A stretch of 64,000 bases of DNA from Prasinococcaceae sp. CCMP 1430 (lineage: Eukaryota; Plantae; Prasinodermophyta), in assembly GCA_013416795.1 (NCBI GenBank), contig RQSC01000518.1:7346-71345 (forward strand), read 5' to 3'. Position 1 is the stretch's first letter, and each line of letters begins with the position of its first letter. Under the pieces are notes generated by a model. That model was not told the DNA's origin. It saw nothing but the letters and a program-made list of their open reading frames with translations, and ran no database searches. Position numbers and translations under genes: made by a program. Of the stretch, positions 10,965 through 21,150 are shown in pieces.

Positions 10965-12476
10965 ATGCTCGCGGAGCTTGACCACGCCAAGCTCATCACG
11001 CGGAAGACGACGCAGCCGCTGCCCAAACCCCCCGATGAGGCGCTCGGCTTCGGCAAGGTGATCGCGGATCACATGCTCAAGGTGCGTAAGAGCGAGGAGC
11101 CGTGGTGTGTGTGCGTGTGCGTGTGTGTGGTGGTGAGAGAGGGGGGGGGGGAGAGGGGCAGAGAGAGGGCTTGCGGATGCACAGCCGCGAAACCTGCGGA
11201 GAGGCGTGCGCTCTGGTCGCCTGCGCTCTCGGTGCACGCGGCAGTTGCCGTGGGCCCCGCGGCACTTCTTCGGCGAAGCGCGCGCTCTCGAGTCGGCCCA
11301 CCGCGGTGCTCGAGCGCGGGCCGCCCGCTCGGCCGAAGCGAACGCGCGCTGACGCGAGCCGTGCGCTCCCTTCGCACCGCACCCACCCCGTACATCTCCC
11401 GCGGGCCGAAACGCGACCCGCGAAAAACGGTGCTGCCGCCGCGCCGCGCCGCTCGGCTCCGCTCCGCTCTGCGCCGCGCGCAGTGCACCTGGCGGGCCGA
11501 CACGGGTTGGGCACCCCCTGAGCTGGTGCCCTCAGGGCCCATCGCCCTCCACCCGTTCAGCCACGTCTTGCACTACGCCATCGAGTGCTACGAGGGGATG
11601 AAGGTATACCGCGACAGCAGCGACAAGCTCCGCCTCTTCCGGCCGAAGCTCAACATGAAGCGATTCCACGAGAGCTGCGAGCGCTTGTGCCTGCCGGCGT
11701 TCTCCCAGGAGGCGCTGCTGCGGTGCATCGAGGACCTCGTGCGGCTGGACGGCGACTGGGTGCCCCGGCAAAAGGGCTACTCGATGTACATGAGGCCGGT
11801 CGCCTTCTCCACGACGCCGTGGCTTGGGCTGACGCAATGCAGCGAGGCCATGATATTCGTGCTGCTCAGCCCGGTGGGCCCGTACTTCAAGTCGGGTTTC
11901 CAGGCCATCAAGCTCGCCGTCGAGGAGAAGCACATCCGTGCCTGGCCGGGAGGCGTCGGCGCTGCCAAGTGCGGTGGGAACTACGCGCCCACCGTGCTCC
12001 CTCAAATTGAGGCGGCGCGCGCGGGCTGCTCGCAGGCGCTCTTCTGCTACGGGAAGGACCAAATCGTCACCGAGGCGGGCACAATGAACATCTTCTTCCT
12101 GTGGGTGAACGAGGACGGCGAGGAGGAGCTCATCACTCCCTGGCTTGACGACGGTTGCATCCTCCCCGGCATTACGCGGCTATCGGTGATCGAGCTGTGC
12201 AAGAGTTGGGGCGAGTTCAAGGTGACGGAACAGGCCGTCAAGCTCGCACCGCTGCTCAAGGCGTCCGAGGAGGGCAGGTTGCTCGAGTGCTTCGGCACCG
12301 GCACCGCGGCCGTGATTCAGCCCGTGAAGAGCCTCACGTATGAGGGGAAAGAGTACACGCTTCCCATCGCGGCGACCGGGGAGGCCTCGGGGCCCATCGC
12401 GATGAGGGTGATGCAGCAGCTCGGCGACATCCAGAACGGCGAGGTGGAGCACGAGTGGTCGCACGTCATCGACTGA
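10965..12476 (+). CDS. BCAT: Branched-chain amino acid aminotransferase (class IV PLP)
   Basis: Exon 1 MLAELD...FGKVIADHMLK; intron 11082-11483; LHYAIECYEGMK, LFRPKLNMKRF, AKCGGNY (PLP lysine), EAGTMNIF, ILPGITR and FGTGTAAVIQPV. An in-frame upstream ATG at about 10794 is a possible longer start. Confidence 0.95.
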   Translation: MLAELDHAKLITRKTTQPLPKPPDEALGFGKVIADHMLKVRKSEEPWCVCVCVCVVVREGGGERGRERACGCTAAKPAERRALWSPALSVHAAVAVGPAALLRRSARSRVGPPRCSSAGRPLGRSERALTRAVRSLRTAPTPYISRGPKRDPRKTVLPPRRAARLRSALRRAQCTWRADTGWAPPELVPSGPIALHPFSHVLHYAIECYEGMKVYRDSSDKLRLFRPKLNMKRFHESCERLCLPAFSQEALLRCIEDLVRLDGDWVPRQKGYSMYMRPVAFSTTPWLGLTQCSEAMIFVLLSPVGPYFKSGFQAIKLAVEEKHIRAWPGGVGAAKCGGNYAPTVLPQIEAARAGCSQALFCYGKDQIVTEAGTMNIFFLWVNEDGEEELITPWLDDGCILPGITRLSVIELCKSWGEFKVTEQAVKLAPLLKASEEGRLLECFGTGTAAVIQPVKSLTYEGKEYTLPIAATGEASGPIAMRVMQQLGDIQNGEVEHEWSHVID

Positions 12477-12958
12477 CTCCGTGCGCCCGATCCTCGCAGC
12501 CGAAAGCCGTGAAGTCGTGGTTCCTCGCCTGTTCGCCGAGGCTGCCCGACTTTTTCTCTAGCTCTAGGTCTCCACATAGCTGCCGATAGCATGGTGTGCG
12601 CTGGCTGAACGAAGGCTGACGTCGACGCGCAGGGGATAGGGGTGGAATGGGTGGGTGGGAAGGAGTGAAGTGGGGATGAGGAGGGGAGACCGGGGATGGG
12701 ATCGCTCGGGCGTGAGCGCGGTCCCCTCAGGACACTTCCGCTGAACGCGCAGCGCTCAGCGGTTTTTTCCGAGTCCTCTAAGTCGCCCTTATGTATCAAT
12801 GGTTCGAGTCAGTCCGCAGCAGCGAGCGCCAGACAGTCACACGCACCGCATCACTTATTGAGAGCGCAAGCGCCACGAGCACAATGTTGAACGCCTCGAG
12901 CCCCTAAACACCCCCCCACGCTGACATGCGCATGCAGCCGTGAATGGCGGCCTTCGCG

Positions 12959-13746
12959 CTACGCCGCCGCTGTGACCGTAAATGACTTGAGCACCATGCC
13001 GAGGTCTGCAGCGAGTGCGTCCGTCTCCTCAGTCCCCTTGTCCTTGCATTGCGCGTTGAGGATGTACAATTTGCTGCCCGTGATGGCGACCGCGTTGAAG
13101 ACGTGCTTCTTGCCGCGGGTCGAGTCAAGCACGTACTCGTACGTGAAGAGCTCCGCCGCACCGTCGCTCGGTGCTCGCTTGCCGCTGTCGACAAGGTCGA
13201 TGGACTTCGTGGACTCTTTGGCCACCTCTGCGGCGCGCAGCTTGACCCACACGTCGTCCACCCCGCCGAAGGACGATAGGCTATCGACCTTGACGGGGTT
13301 CACCGTCACGCCAACCTGCGCGCGCCCGCGCGTGCGCGCGACGGGCAGATAGGCGCAACGGAGGTCGGGGCGCGCACACGGCGTCAGCGACGCGCGACGC
13401 ACGCAGCCGGTGCGCAGCAGGCCCACGCCAGCCCCCGCAGCTGCGAACGCACCGAGTTCGACCCGAAGAGCGAGCCATCCGTCGTGTAGAATGTCGAGCC
13501 TGGCTTGTCCTGCGGCGACCATCCCTCCGCAGGCACGAGCAGCGAGAAGCCGTTCGTCGTGTCGTCGTACTGCTCGAAGCGCGAGCTCTCCTCGCCGTCG
13601 CCGGCAGCGGGCGCGGACGTCGAAGCCTCATCTCCGCCGTCGGCCCGCGCGCTTCGGGGCGGCGTGCCCGCCGCCGCGAGCGCCGCGAGCGCCGCAGGGC
13701 CACGCTCGGCCGCGCGGCCGCGCGACGCGCGCGCGGCGGCCGCCAT
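12959..13746 (-). CDS. PPD2: PsbP domain-containing protein 2, thylakoid lumen (transit-peptide exon unresolved)
   Basis: YDDTTNGFSLLVP...GSNS|VGVTVNPVKVDSLSSFG...AKESTKS...YVLDSTRGKKHVFNAVAITGSKLYILN matches the PPD2 pattern; intron 13316-13452. Confidence 0.85.
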
Positions 13747-14224
13747 CCCGAGCCGCGACCCCAAGGGATCACCTCCCGACCCAACAGCCCCACCTCCCAC
13801 GCTCACCCGACCCACCGTCCGCACCCGCCACGCGCGTGCTGTGGGCCCCAGCGCCGCCCGCAGTGCAGGTCTTGCGACGCGTGCGTGTGCCGCCCGGCCG
13901 CCTTATCTTTTATCCGCCCGCGCAGGACACCGAGATGAACCCCGGTCTGTGCGCGGTGATCGCGGGTCAATGCCACCAAGACCTGGGAAATCAATCGGAA
14001 TGACACGCTCATACCGTGGCCAGGAGATAGACCGGGGTTGACGCGGGCTGTGGAGTGGTGGGTGGTGCCCCCCACAGGGGGGCATGCCAAATCATGTACG
14101 CGTGCTCATGCCGCCACGGGGGCCGCGCGAGCAGAGGACGACGCGAGGTGCGAGGCGCGCGACCGCAGGCGAGAGGGAGGGACACACGCAGACAGAGCGG
14201 TATTTACCGGGGGAGCTCCGCCCG

Positions 14225-16177
14225 TCATGGCGCGTCGTCCTCTGGGGGCAGGAACCAGGCGCGGCCGGCCTGATAGTTGAGCAGCAACCTGAAGCGCCCG
14301 ATGAGGCCCGAGCAGAGCATCCCGGCCGAGAACACGCTCGTCTCCACCGCCTTGTCATTGTTCTGCAGGAAAACCGCCATGGCGTTCTCCGCCGTGCTGC
14401 TGCCGATGTCAACGCGGTCCACCACGCCCGATCGCGCCTGCACTCGCGCGGCTTTGGTGAGGCCGCGCACCACCATACGGCTCGTGCGCTCGCCCAGGGC
14501 CTCGAGCATCTGCAGGCCGCTCGGGCTGCTCGAGTGGAAGATCAGGTCGGTGCCGCGCGCGCCGCTGTCCAGCATGAAAAGCGTCTTGGATGAGATGCCG
14601 CAGGTGCTCACGGTGGCCTCCACGTGCGGAACACGGCCGACGAGGTGGAGCGGCTGCGGGGGTGGCAGGGACGACTCGTCGTCGCCGCCGACGCTGAGCG
14701 AGGGGTCGTCGGGTGGCATCACGCGCAGTGTGACGTCACTGGCTTTGCCCGCCGCCGGCAGCTCGACGGCGGCGCGCCTGAAGAAGTCCCAGCCGATAAT
14801 GCCAGCCGGCGCGTTGCTTCCCTGCGCAGAGTCGACGACATCGATGGCGTCGTGGATCTCCAGGAAGAGCGGGTTGGCCATCACCACGGGGCCGATCTGG
14901 AGCGTCGCGCAGCGGCGCATCTGGCTCTGGTGCGAGCCGCCCACCGACGTGATGCTCAGCTTGCCGAAGGTCTCCATGCGCAGCTTGTCGGCCGTGGCCT
15001 TCGACACGACCAGGCCCGAGCACCCGGTGTCAAGCAGCCATTCGCCGCAGTCGCAGCCGTTGAGCAGCGCGCGGACGAGGATGTGCCCCCCCGGCGTGCG
15101 GCGCGCCTGCACCAGCGGTGACATGTTTTCGATGTACGTCGTGTCCGCCGCGCGGGCATGCACGTCAGGGGCGACGAAGAGGGCGTCGCTCACCGCGGCC
15201 GCGCCCGCCCGCGTTGCCACGTAGGTGTCCGTGCCACCGCTCGCTGGGTAGTGGGCCACGCGCGCTGGGAACATGGCGCCGCCATCGGAGGGCGAGCGCC
15301 AGTCCGAGAGCTCGTAGACCTCCTCGCTGCCCCACATCTGCATGCGCAGCTGCAGCGGGATGCAGTCCTCGCCGAGAAGTAGCCGTGCGCACACCTTCCC
15401 ACCGCGGATACGCACGTGCACCGCATGCGCTACGCCGTCTGGCACGCGCGGCTTTCCGTCCGCATCCCCCGCGTCGTCGCCGCCCGCGCCCTCGCCGCTT
15501 TTGACGTCGATGACCAGCCGCGGGCGCACGTGGGGCAGCAGCCACGCGCCCGACCGCATCCACATCGACAGCAGCGCGTCCTCGCGGTCGTCGAGCTCCA
15601 TGAGGCTCGCAAGGTCGTTTTCCACGGTCCACGCCGTCCCGAGGTCCGCACCGCTCACGCTCGCGGCCTCCTCGTCGCCCTCTGCCGCGACAACATCAGT
15701 GGCCCCGCGATCGTCCGCGACGGCCGCAGCCGCCGCTGCTGCCACGCGCGCGTCGGTCCCGCCCGCCCCCACGGGCTTGGGTCCCTCGTATCCTTGCTGG
15801 TAGTGCAGCCCCTGCCCCACGGTCACAGTCTCCGAGTGAAAGGCGCCGTCGTGGCGCACCTGCAGACGCCAGCGTGAGTGCAGGCCCATGTACGTCCCGT
15901 CGCCCTCGGCGCACGCGAAAGGCGTGCTTGGCGCGATCGCCTGCGTCCCGGCGAGCGTCGAGCCGCTCGGCAGGCCCAGAGCGCTGCGGATGCGCTCGAG
16001 GGTGCGCTCGACCTCTTCTGAAGCAGCCTCCCCGGCATCGGAGGGAGCCACCGCCGAGGTTGGGGCGCGCCGCCTCGAGCGCTCCCCGCGCCGCACGCGC
16101 GCCGCCGCGGCGACAGGGCACGGCGGGTTTGCACGCGCCGCTGCACGCGCCACCAAACGTGATGCCATCGCGCGCAT
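14225..16177 (-). CDS. Plastid-targeted(?) protein with two tandem retropepsin-like aspartyl protease domains
   Basis: Intronless ORF; Ala/Arg/Ser-rich N-terminus from ATG 16177; motifs WLLDTGCSG and FMLDSGARG; GIIGWDFF and GMLCSGLIGRFRLLLNY closing motifs. Confidence 0.75.
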   Translation of the reverse strand: MRAMASRLVARAAARANPPCPVAAAARVRRGERSRRRAPTSAVAPSDAGEAASEEVERTLERIRSALGLPSGSTLAGTQAIAPSTPFACAEGDGTYMGLHSRWRLQVRHDGAFHSETVTVGQGLHYQQGYEGPKPVGAGGTDARVAAAAAAAVADDRGATDVVAAEGDEEAASVSGADLGTAWTVENDLASLMELDDREDALLSMWMRSGAWLLPHVRPRLVIDVKSGEGAGGDDAGDADGKPRVPDGVAHAVHVRIRGGKVCARLLLGEDCIPLQLRMQMWGSEEVYELSDWRSPSDGGAMFPARVAHYPASGGTDTYVATRAGAAAVSDALFVAPDVHARAADTTYIENMSPLVQARRTPGGHILVRALLNGCDCGEWLLDTGCSGLVVSKATADKLRMETFGKLSITSVGGSHQSQMRRCATLQIGPVVMANPLFLEIHDAIDVVDSAQGSNAPAGIIGWDFFRRAAVELPAAGKASDVTLRVMPPDDPSLSVGGDDESSLPPPQPLHLVGRVPHVEATVSTCGISSKTLFMLDSGARGTDLIFHSSSPSGLQMLEALGERTSRMVVRGLTKAARVQARSGVVDRVDIGSSTAENAMAVFLQNNDKAVETSVFSAGMLCSGLIGRFRLLLNYQAGRAWFLPPEDDAP

Positions 16178-16420
16178 CACCTTCCGGCGCCGCACCGCGC
16201 ACACTGCGCAGAGTGGCCGCGGCTCGGCCCCGGCGCAGCAACGCAACACGAGATACGGCGGTTTCCACCCGCGCAGGCGCCACTAGCTGCGCGCGGCGCG
16301 GCGCGGAGCGCGCGGAGTGGCGCGCCACGGGGCACGGCTGACGGTCGGAGCGCGCCTCCCCCCCGACCTCCGTTCCCCTCCCTCCACCCCCGTCGCTGGC
16401 ACCGCCGCCGCCGCCGCCGG

Positions 16421-16421
<1 letters not shown>

Positions 16422-16460
<39 letters not shown>
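16422..16460. repeat. (CAG)13 microsatellite
   Basis: Perfect cagcag... run in intergenic/5' DNA. Confidence 0.95.
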
Positions 16461-16461
<1 letters not shown>

Positions 16462-16753
16462 GGCGCCGCCGCGCGCGCGCGCCCCCGTCCGAACGCGAAC
16501 GAGAAAAAGAAAAGCCGCGATTTCGCGCGATTTCGCGCGGCGCGGCGCCCGCCCGCGCACATACGCAAATGACGCCAAACCACGGAACCGCCGCGGCCTT
16601 TCTGCGGTCCTTGCGCCCCTCCCGGGCGCGGTTTGGGGGGGCGCGTGTGCGTTCCGCGCGCGCCAAAAAGTTCCGCGGGAGTGACCGCCCCGATCCCGGT
16701 CTGTGTACGAGATTTCGCCGAAAATACCGGGTCATGCGAGGATGTACCCGGTA

Positions 16754-17506
16754 ATGTCGCGCGCGAATACCGGGGGGAGGGGAAGGCCTGCTCTGGCGCA
16801 GCAGCAGCGGCCGCGGTGGCACCTGGCGGCTCGTGCGCCACAACCCGCGCCTGGCGCTGCCCGGGGCGCACGATGGCGGCGGCGGGTGCTGGGCGACCTC
16901 GATCTTCCTGATGCAGCCGCCTTTGCGGCCGCGGCGGCCGCCGCAACGTGGGGAGCGTGCGCCGCGCTGCCCGTGACCGGGGCCGCGGCGGCGATCCTGA
17001 TGATTGAAGCGCCCACGTTCGCCGTGCACGCCGCGCCGCTCGCATCGTTCGAGCCCGACGAGCGCTACATGGCAGCGTTCACAACGCCGTACTTCTTCGC
17101 CGCGGAGTGCGCGCTCATCACAGCTCTGTGGGTGGCCTCTCCGCTGAACAGCGTGTTGCCTGCGGTGGCGTTCGGCCTGCACCTGGCCGCCCACGTGTGC
17201 TACACGCTCATCGCAGCCGTAGCGCCGCAGTGGGCACTGCGCACGAACGTCGAAAGGGTCGTCGAGGCGGGGAGGGGTCTCCGCTTTGCGCTGCCGTCGC
17301 TGTGGGCTTGGACGCTGACCGTCCTCAATGGTGTGGACGCGGCAATGCACGCCCTGTACGCCGCGGCGGCAGCGCACGTTCTGGCCGTTTCGCCAGGCGG
17401 GGGAACCGCAGTGGCTGCTGCCGCCTGTGCTGCGGCGGTGCTGCTTGGCGGAGTCACCTGGCACGCCTCACGACCCGCGCGAGCGAGCGACCCAGCATGT
17501 GCGTGA
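16754..17506 (+). CDS. Hypothetical multi-pass membrane protein
   Basis: Several hydrophobic segments (FFAAECALITALWVASPL, AVAFGLHLAAHVCYTLIAAVA, LWAWTLTVLNGVD); TGTAA at 17557; start uncertain. Confidence 0.55.
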   Translation: MSRANTGGRGRPALAQQQRPRWHLAARAPQPAPGAARGARWRRRVLGDLDLPDAAAFAAAAAAATWGACAALPVTGAAAAILMIEAPTFAVHAAPLASFEPDERYMAAFTTPYFFAAECALITALWVASPLNSVLPAVAFGLHLAAHVCYTLIAAVAPQWALRTNVERVVEAGRGLRFALPSLWAWTLTVLNGVDAAMHALYAAAAAHVLAVSPGGGTAVAAAACAAAVLLGGVTWHASRPARASDPACA

Positions 17507-17723
17507 GTGGCACCGCCAGATTGCGCAACCTTCGATTTGTATGTACCAACGATCTCTGTAAGATATGTGAATGGTCACTCAGCAAAGGCCATCGAGACAG
17601 TGGCCCGCTTGCGCTCCTCGCACAGGCTCACAAGCGCGCGCACCCCCTCGAGCGAAGAGCGCCACCCTCGCCGCGTGTCGAAGCAAGAAATATTGTACAA
17701 GTGCTCCGCGCGCTCGCTGCTGC

Positions 17724-18877
17724 CTAGCCCTGCGCGACGGCTGTGGTGCCCGAACCCGCAGCCTCTTTGGCGGCCTCGAGGGCAGCCTTGCGCTTGGCAT
17801 CGCGCTCGATGGAAAAGAGCTCGAGCATCTCCTGCTCGAACTCGTGCACCTCGCCGCAGAGGATGAGCGAGTGCAGCGGCTCGCCAAAATCGACTGTGGG
17901 CACATGTGTGGGCAGGAAACACTGCGCGTCAGCGTGTGATGCCACGCACGGGCCCTGCGTGAGCTGTGTGCGCGCGCGCACCTTCGAGTAGCTCGCCCAT
18001 AGTGCCTGCGACAATCTGCTGCCTCTCGCCGCTGCCGACGCGCGCCAGCCCCACGGCCATCGACTCCCTGCTGTAAACTCCCTCGCCGCGCTTCTCCTCA
18101 ATCTCAAGCAGCTCTTCAATTGCAGTGTTGACGCTCATGTAACGCGGGGGCTCGTACCGCTTCTTCCCCATGCACAGCGCCTCCATATCGGGCTCCTGCG
18201 AGTGGTGGCCGAGCGCGTGAACGCGCGTCAGTGCCCTGCCCTGAGGCGGCGACCGCGAGGGAGGCGCGCGCAACGCAGGCGCGCGTGGAACATAGGACGG
18301 TGGGGCGCGGGGACAGGAGGGAACGGTGGAGCGCCGATGCTCTCGAGCGGTGCGATGCTGCGCGCACCTTCACGCGAATGTCGAGGAGGCAGAGCGTATG
18401 CAGGCCGTTCTTCATGTTGGCCTTGATTTTGTCGTAGAAGGAGTCGGGCCTCCAGCTCTCGGTGAAGAAGACGATGGAGATGCACTCGCCGAACCTGTAC
18501 AGCTGCAGGCCACAGGCACCGACGGCTGTCATGACGGTCGAATTGTGGATGACGCGCACGTCAATGCCCGCCTTCGCCGCGCGGAGCTGCATGTCGCTGT
18601 GCGTGGTCGCGCCGAAGACGTCGCCGACAACTAGGAATGCGACGTCGGCCGTGCGTGCCTCTTCGAGCATGGCGTCGACCGCGGAGTCGCTCTCGCACTT
18701 CTCGCGGTCTAGCAGCTGCACCTCCTTCCCGTAGAGTGCCTCGAGCTTTTCCTTGCCCACCAGTAAGATTGACGTGTATGCCTCGAGGTACACGCTCGCG
18801 CACGAGCGCACCGCATCGAGGCCGCGCACGGTGATGTCGCGCTCGTCACACAGGCCGAGGCCGATCATGTACAGCAT
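17724..18877 (-). CDS. DPH5: Diphthine methyl ester synthase
   Basis: MLYMIGLGLCDERDITVRGL, EAYTSIL, LVVGDVFGATTHSD, GLQLYRFGECISI, GLHTLCLLDIRVK|EPDMEAL, YEPPRYMSVN and V|DFGEPLHSL; two GT-AG introns, the first at 18196-18367. Confidence 0.96.
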
Positions 18878-19264
18878 GACCGCCGCCGCCACGGACCACC
18901 CCGCCACTCGTCGGCGACAGCGCTGCGAGGTGGAGCTGGGGGCGCGACGACGGGGCGCCGGGAGGGGTTGGCGTCGGGACGGAGACGATGACTGGCGGGC
19001 GGACGAGGGGAACGGGTAGGGGGGGGAGAGGGGAAGGGGGGGGGCGCGCCCTGCTGCGGCGCGCGCGCGCGAAGTGGCAAATTGCTTGGCGTCGACACCC
19101 GAGTGCGAAAATCGACGTCCAGATTTCCCGGAACGCGCGGACGCGCGCCCGCCGGGGCGCCTTTTCGGGGGCGATCACACGAAACAAAATCTAAATTTAT
19201 CTGGGGGTCAGTATTTCGATTCCGTCGTTTTTGGCGCTTTTTTGGGAGGGCGTGAGGGGCGGGG

Positions 19265-19273
19265 ATTAGGGTT
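19265..19273 (-). promoter_or_regulatory. Telo-box-like element upstream of DPH5
   Basis: AACCCTAAT on the DPH5 strand about 390 nt upstream of the ATG; telo-boxes are established in plant translation-related promoters. Short motif, could be chance. Confidence 0.3.
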
Positions 19274-19666
19274 GCATGGGAGGGTTCATATTCCTATGCG
19301 GAGGTTCCACGCACATCGCATGCACGTGCACACGGCCACTGTGCGCCGGCGAACGGGGCGTCGTCCACCTGTCCACCGAGCGAGGAGGCGCGCGGGCAAT
19401 GCAGGACACGCGTGGCGAGTGACGCAGCGAGCACGGCCGCACGCGGGAGAGTGCGAAGAGCAAGTTACATCGTACGCTCTAGCCAGTTGAGGGTGTAGAG
19501 AGGTGCAGGGTGCAGACATGTTGTCGGCACGTTTCCTGTCGCGAATGCCCCCGCTGCGTCTCTGGGGCGCTCTTGAGCTTTTCTTCCGTGCGTGCAAGGG
19601 CATCGGGTCGGGCGCCCAATTGAATTGGTGTGGTAGGTCGCTCTCGAAGCGGCGTTCGAGTCATGC

Positions 19667-21150
19667 TCACGTCTTGGTGATGACCCTGTGGTGGAGCTCG
19701 GCCGCCTCAGCATCGCGAAGCACGAAGCGCATCCCGAAGCCCTCGGCCTCGACGGTAAGAAAGCCTGGTCCGGGGTGAAAGAACGAGCCGTATGCGTCCT
19801 GCTCTGGGAGGGGCTCGTCCGGATGGCTCGACTGCCTGGTCTCCGAACCAGCGCCAGTGGTGATGTAGAGCATGTCGCGTCCTTTCGGTTGGTTTGGCAA
19901 CGTAACCGACGTTCCGTCCGGGACGAAGTACGGCGCTGCCGCAGGGTCGGTATACTTCGCGGTAGGGATACCTTCCGCGATGCAGCGCACATCTTCGTCG
20001 AAGCCGTCGGCGAGGAACTCCGCCAGGGTATTACCGCCCAGAGTGTACTCGTCGACGGCGCAACAGTACGGGCGCGTGATGAGCTGCAGGTCGTGGTCAT
20101 GCCCATTGATGTATGCGTCAACGCCGTGCTTCCAAAGGAGCTCGTCGACATCGTTGAGCAAATCGATGCTGTCGCCGTGATGAGAGTGGCTCCTGATCGG
20201 ATGATGGCCAAAGGCCAGCAGCCAGGTGGTCTTCCCTTGCAGAGCAGACAGGCGCATGCTCTCCGCTGCGCGCGCGAGAAGGTCGTCGATACGCGCGAGG
20301 GTTCCGGCGCGCCACGCCTCAACTGACGCGCGATATGAGCTCACGCTGTCACTGCGTGCAAAAGGTGGCCCACCTATACCCTGGAAATCGGTACGCCGAT
20401 GCGTGAGGTGCGCCGCGATTCGTCAGAGCGCGAGGTGCCTGCCGGCATCCGAGCGGGCGCGGGCGCGGGCACAGGCGAGTGCACGCGGCTGCAGGCGCGG
20501 TGCGCTCACCTGGAAATCGTACGTGTGCGTGCCGGGGCAATAGAGGTAGTCGCTGATGAGCACGTTTGTGTCGATGTGCACGGCCCACACGATCACGCTC
20601 TCGTCCGCAGAGGTGTAATTGGCGATCTCGAATAGAGCCGCGTGCCAGCGCGCGTCCTTGAGCTGCGCGACAGAGTCAAACTGCGCGCTGATGTTGCCGC
20701 GAAAATCGTGATTCCCCATAATCACATCCCACCGTTTCCCCTGCATGACTGGCGCGCTGTAGACATTGGTGAAGCTCTCGGTGAACTCCGCGTGGTCGCC
20801 GTTGATGAGACCATCTTATCCACCATGCACGTACAGAAATTTGCCACCGCCGCGTCGCGCTGCTGTCAGGTGACGCTTTGCGGTGAGTGACGCAATGGCT
20901 GCTCAAAGTGCCGCGCACGTACTCTGATAGAAATTGTCGCCGACAGACACCGGGAACCACGCGGCGCCCAGGTTCGCCTGGTTTTCTGCGAAGGTCGCCA
21001 TGCCGGCGGCAACGCGCGTCTGGTTCTCTCGCGCCGCCGGATCCTGGTCGGCACCCTGGCGCCCCCAGTCGCCCACCACCACGAGGCTCACCCTGATGGC
21101 GCCCACGCCCCGGAATTGCGCAGGAATCGCGCGTGCCGCCGGCGCCGCCG
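19667..21150 (-). CDS. Purple acid phosphatase (TRAP/ACP5-like metallophosphoesterase)
   Basis: All five motifs present: GDWG, GDNFY, GNHD, GHHP and GHDH; introns 20815-20922 and 20381-20509 restore the frame; TGTAA at 19465-19469. Confidence 0.9.

Noticed and set aside
11082-11483. Stop-free in-frame introns (BCAT 402 nt; also JmjC-TPR 126 nt) that make fused ORFs look like insertions
   Set aside because: They have canonical GT...AG ends and, in BCAT, a CTGAC branch motif and microsatellites; removal restores family alignment. Stop-free introns are unremarkable at this GC content.
12770-12825. GGTTCGAGTC B-box/T-loop-like sequence
   Set aside because: No cloverleaf or flanking T-stem; lies in convergent 3' UTRs.
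13930-14045. SECIS- or U3-like reading of the structured island (ATGA...TGA, GATGAACC)
   Set aside because: Wrong strand for the neighbouring 3' UTR, loop far too large for a SECIS, no U3 box A/A' upstream; kept only as an unclassified structure.
19288-19296. ATATTCCTA, identical to the snR30/U17 m1 motif
   Set aside because: No m2 (AAACCAU) or H/ACA framework nearby; a 9-mer chance match.
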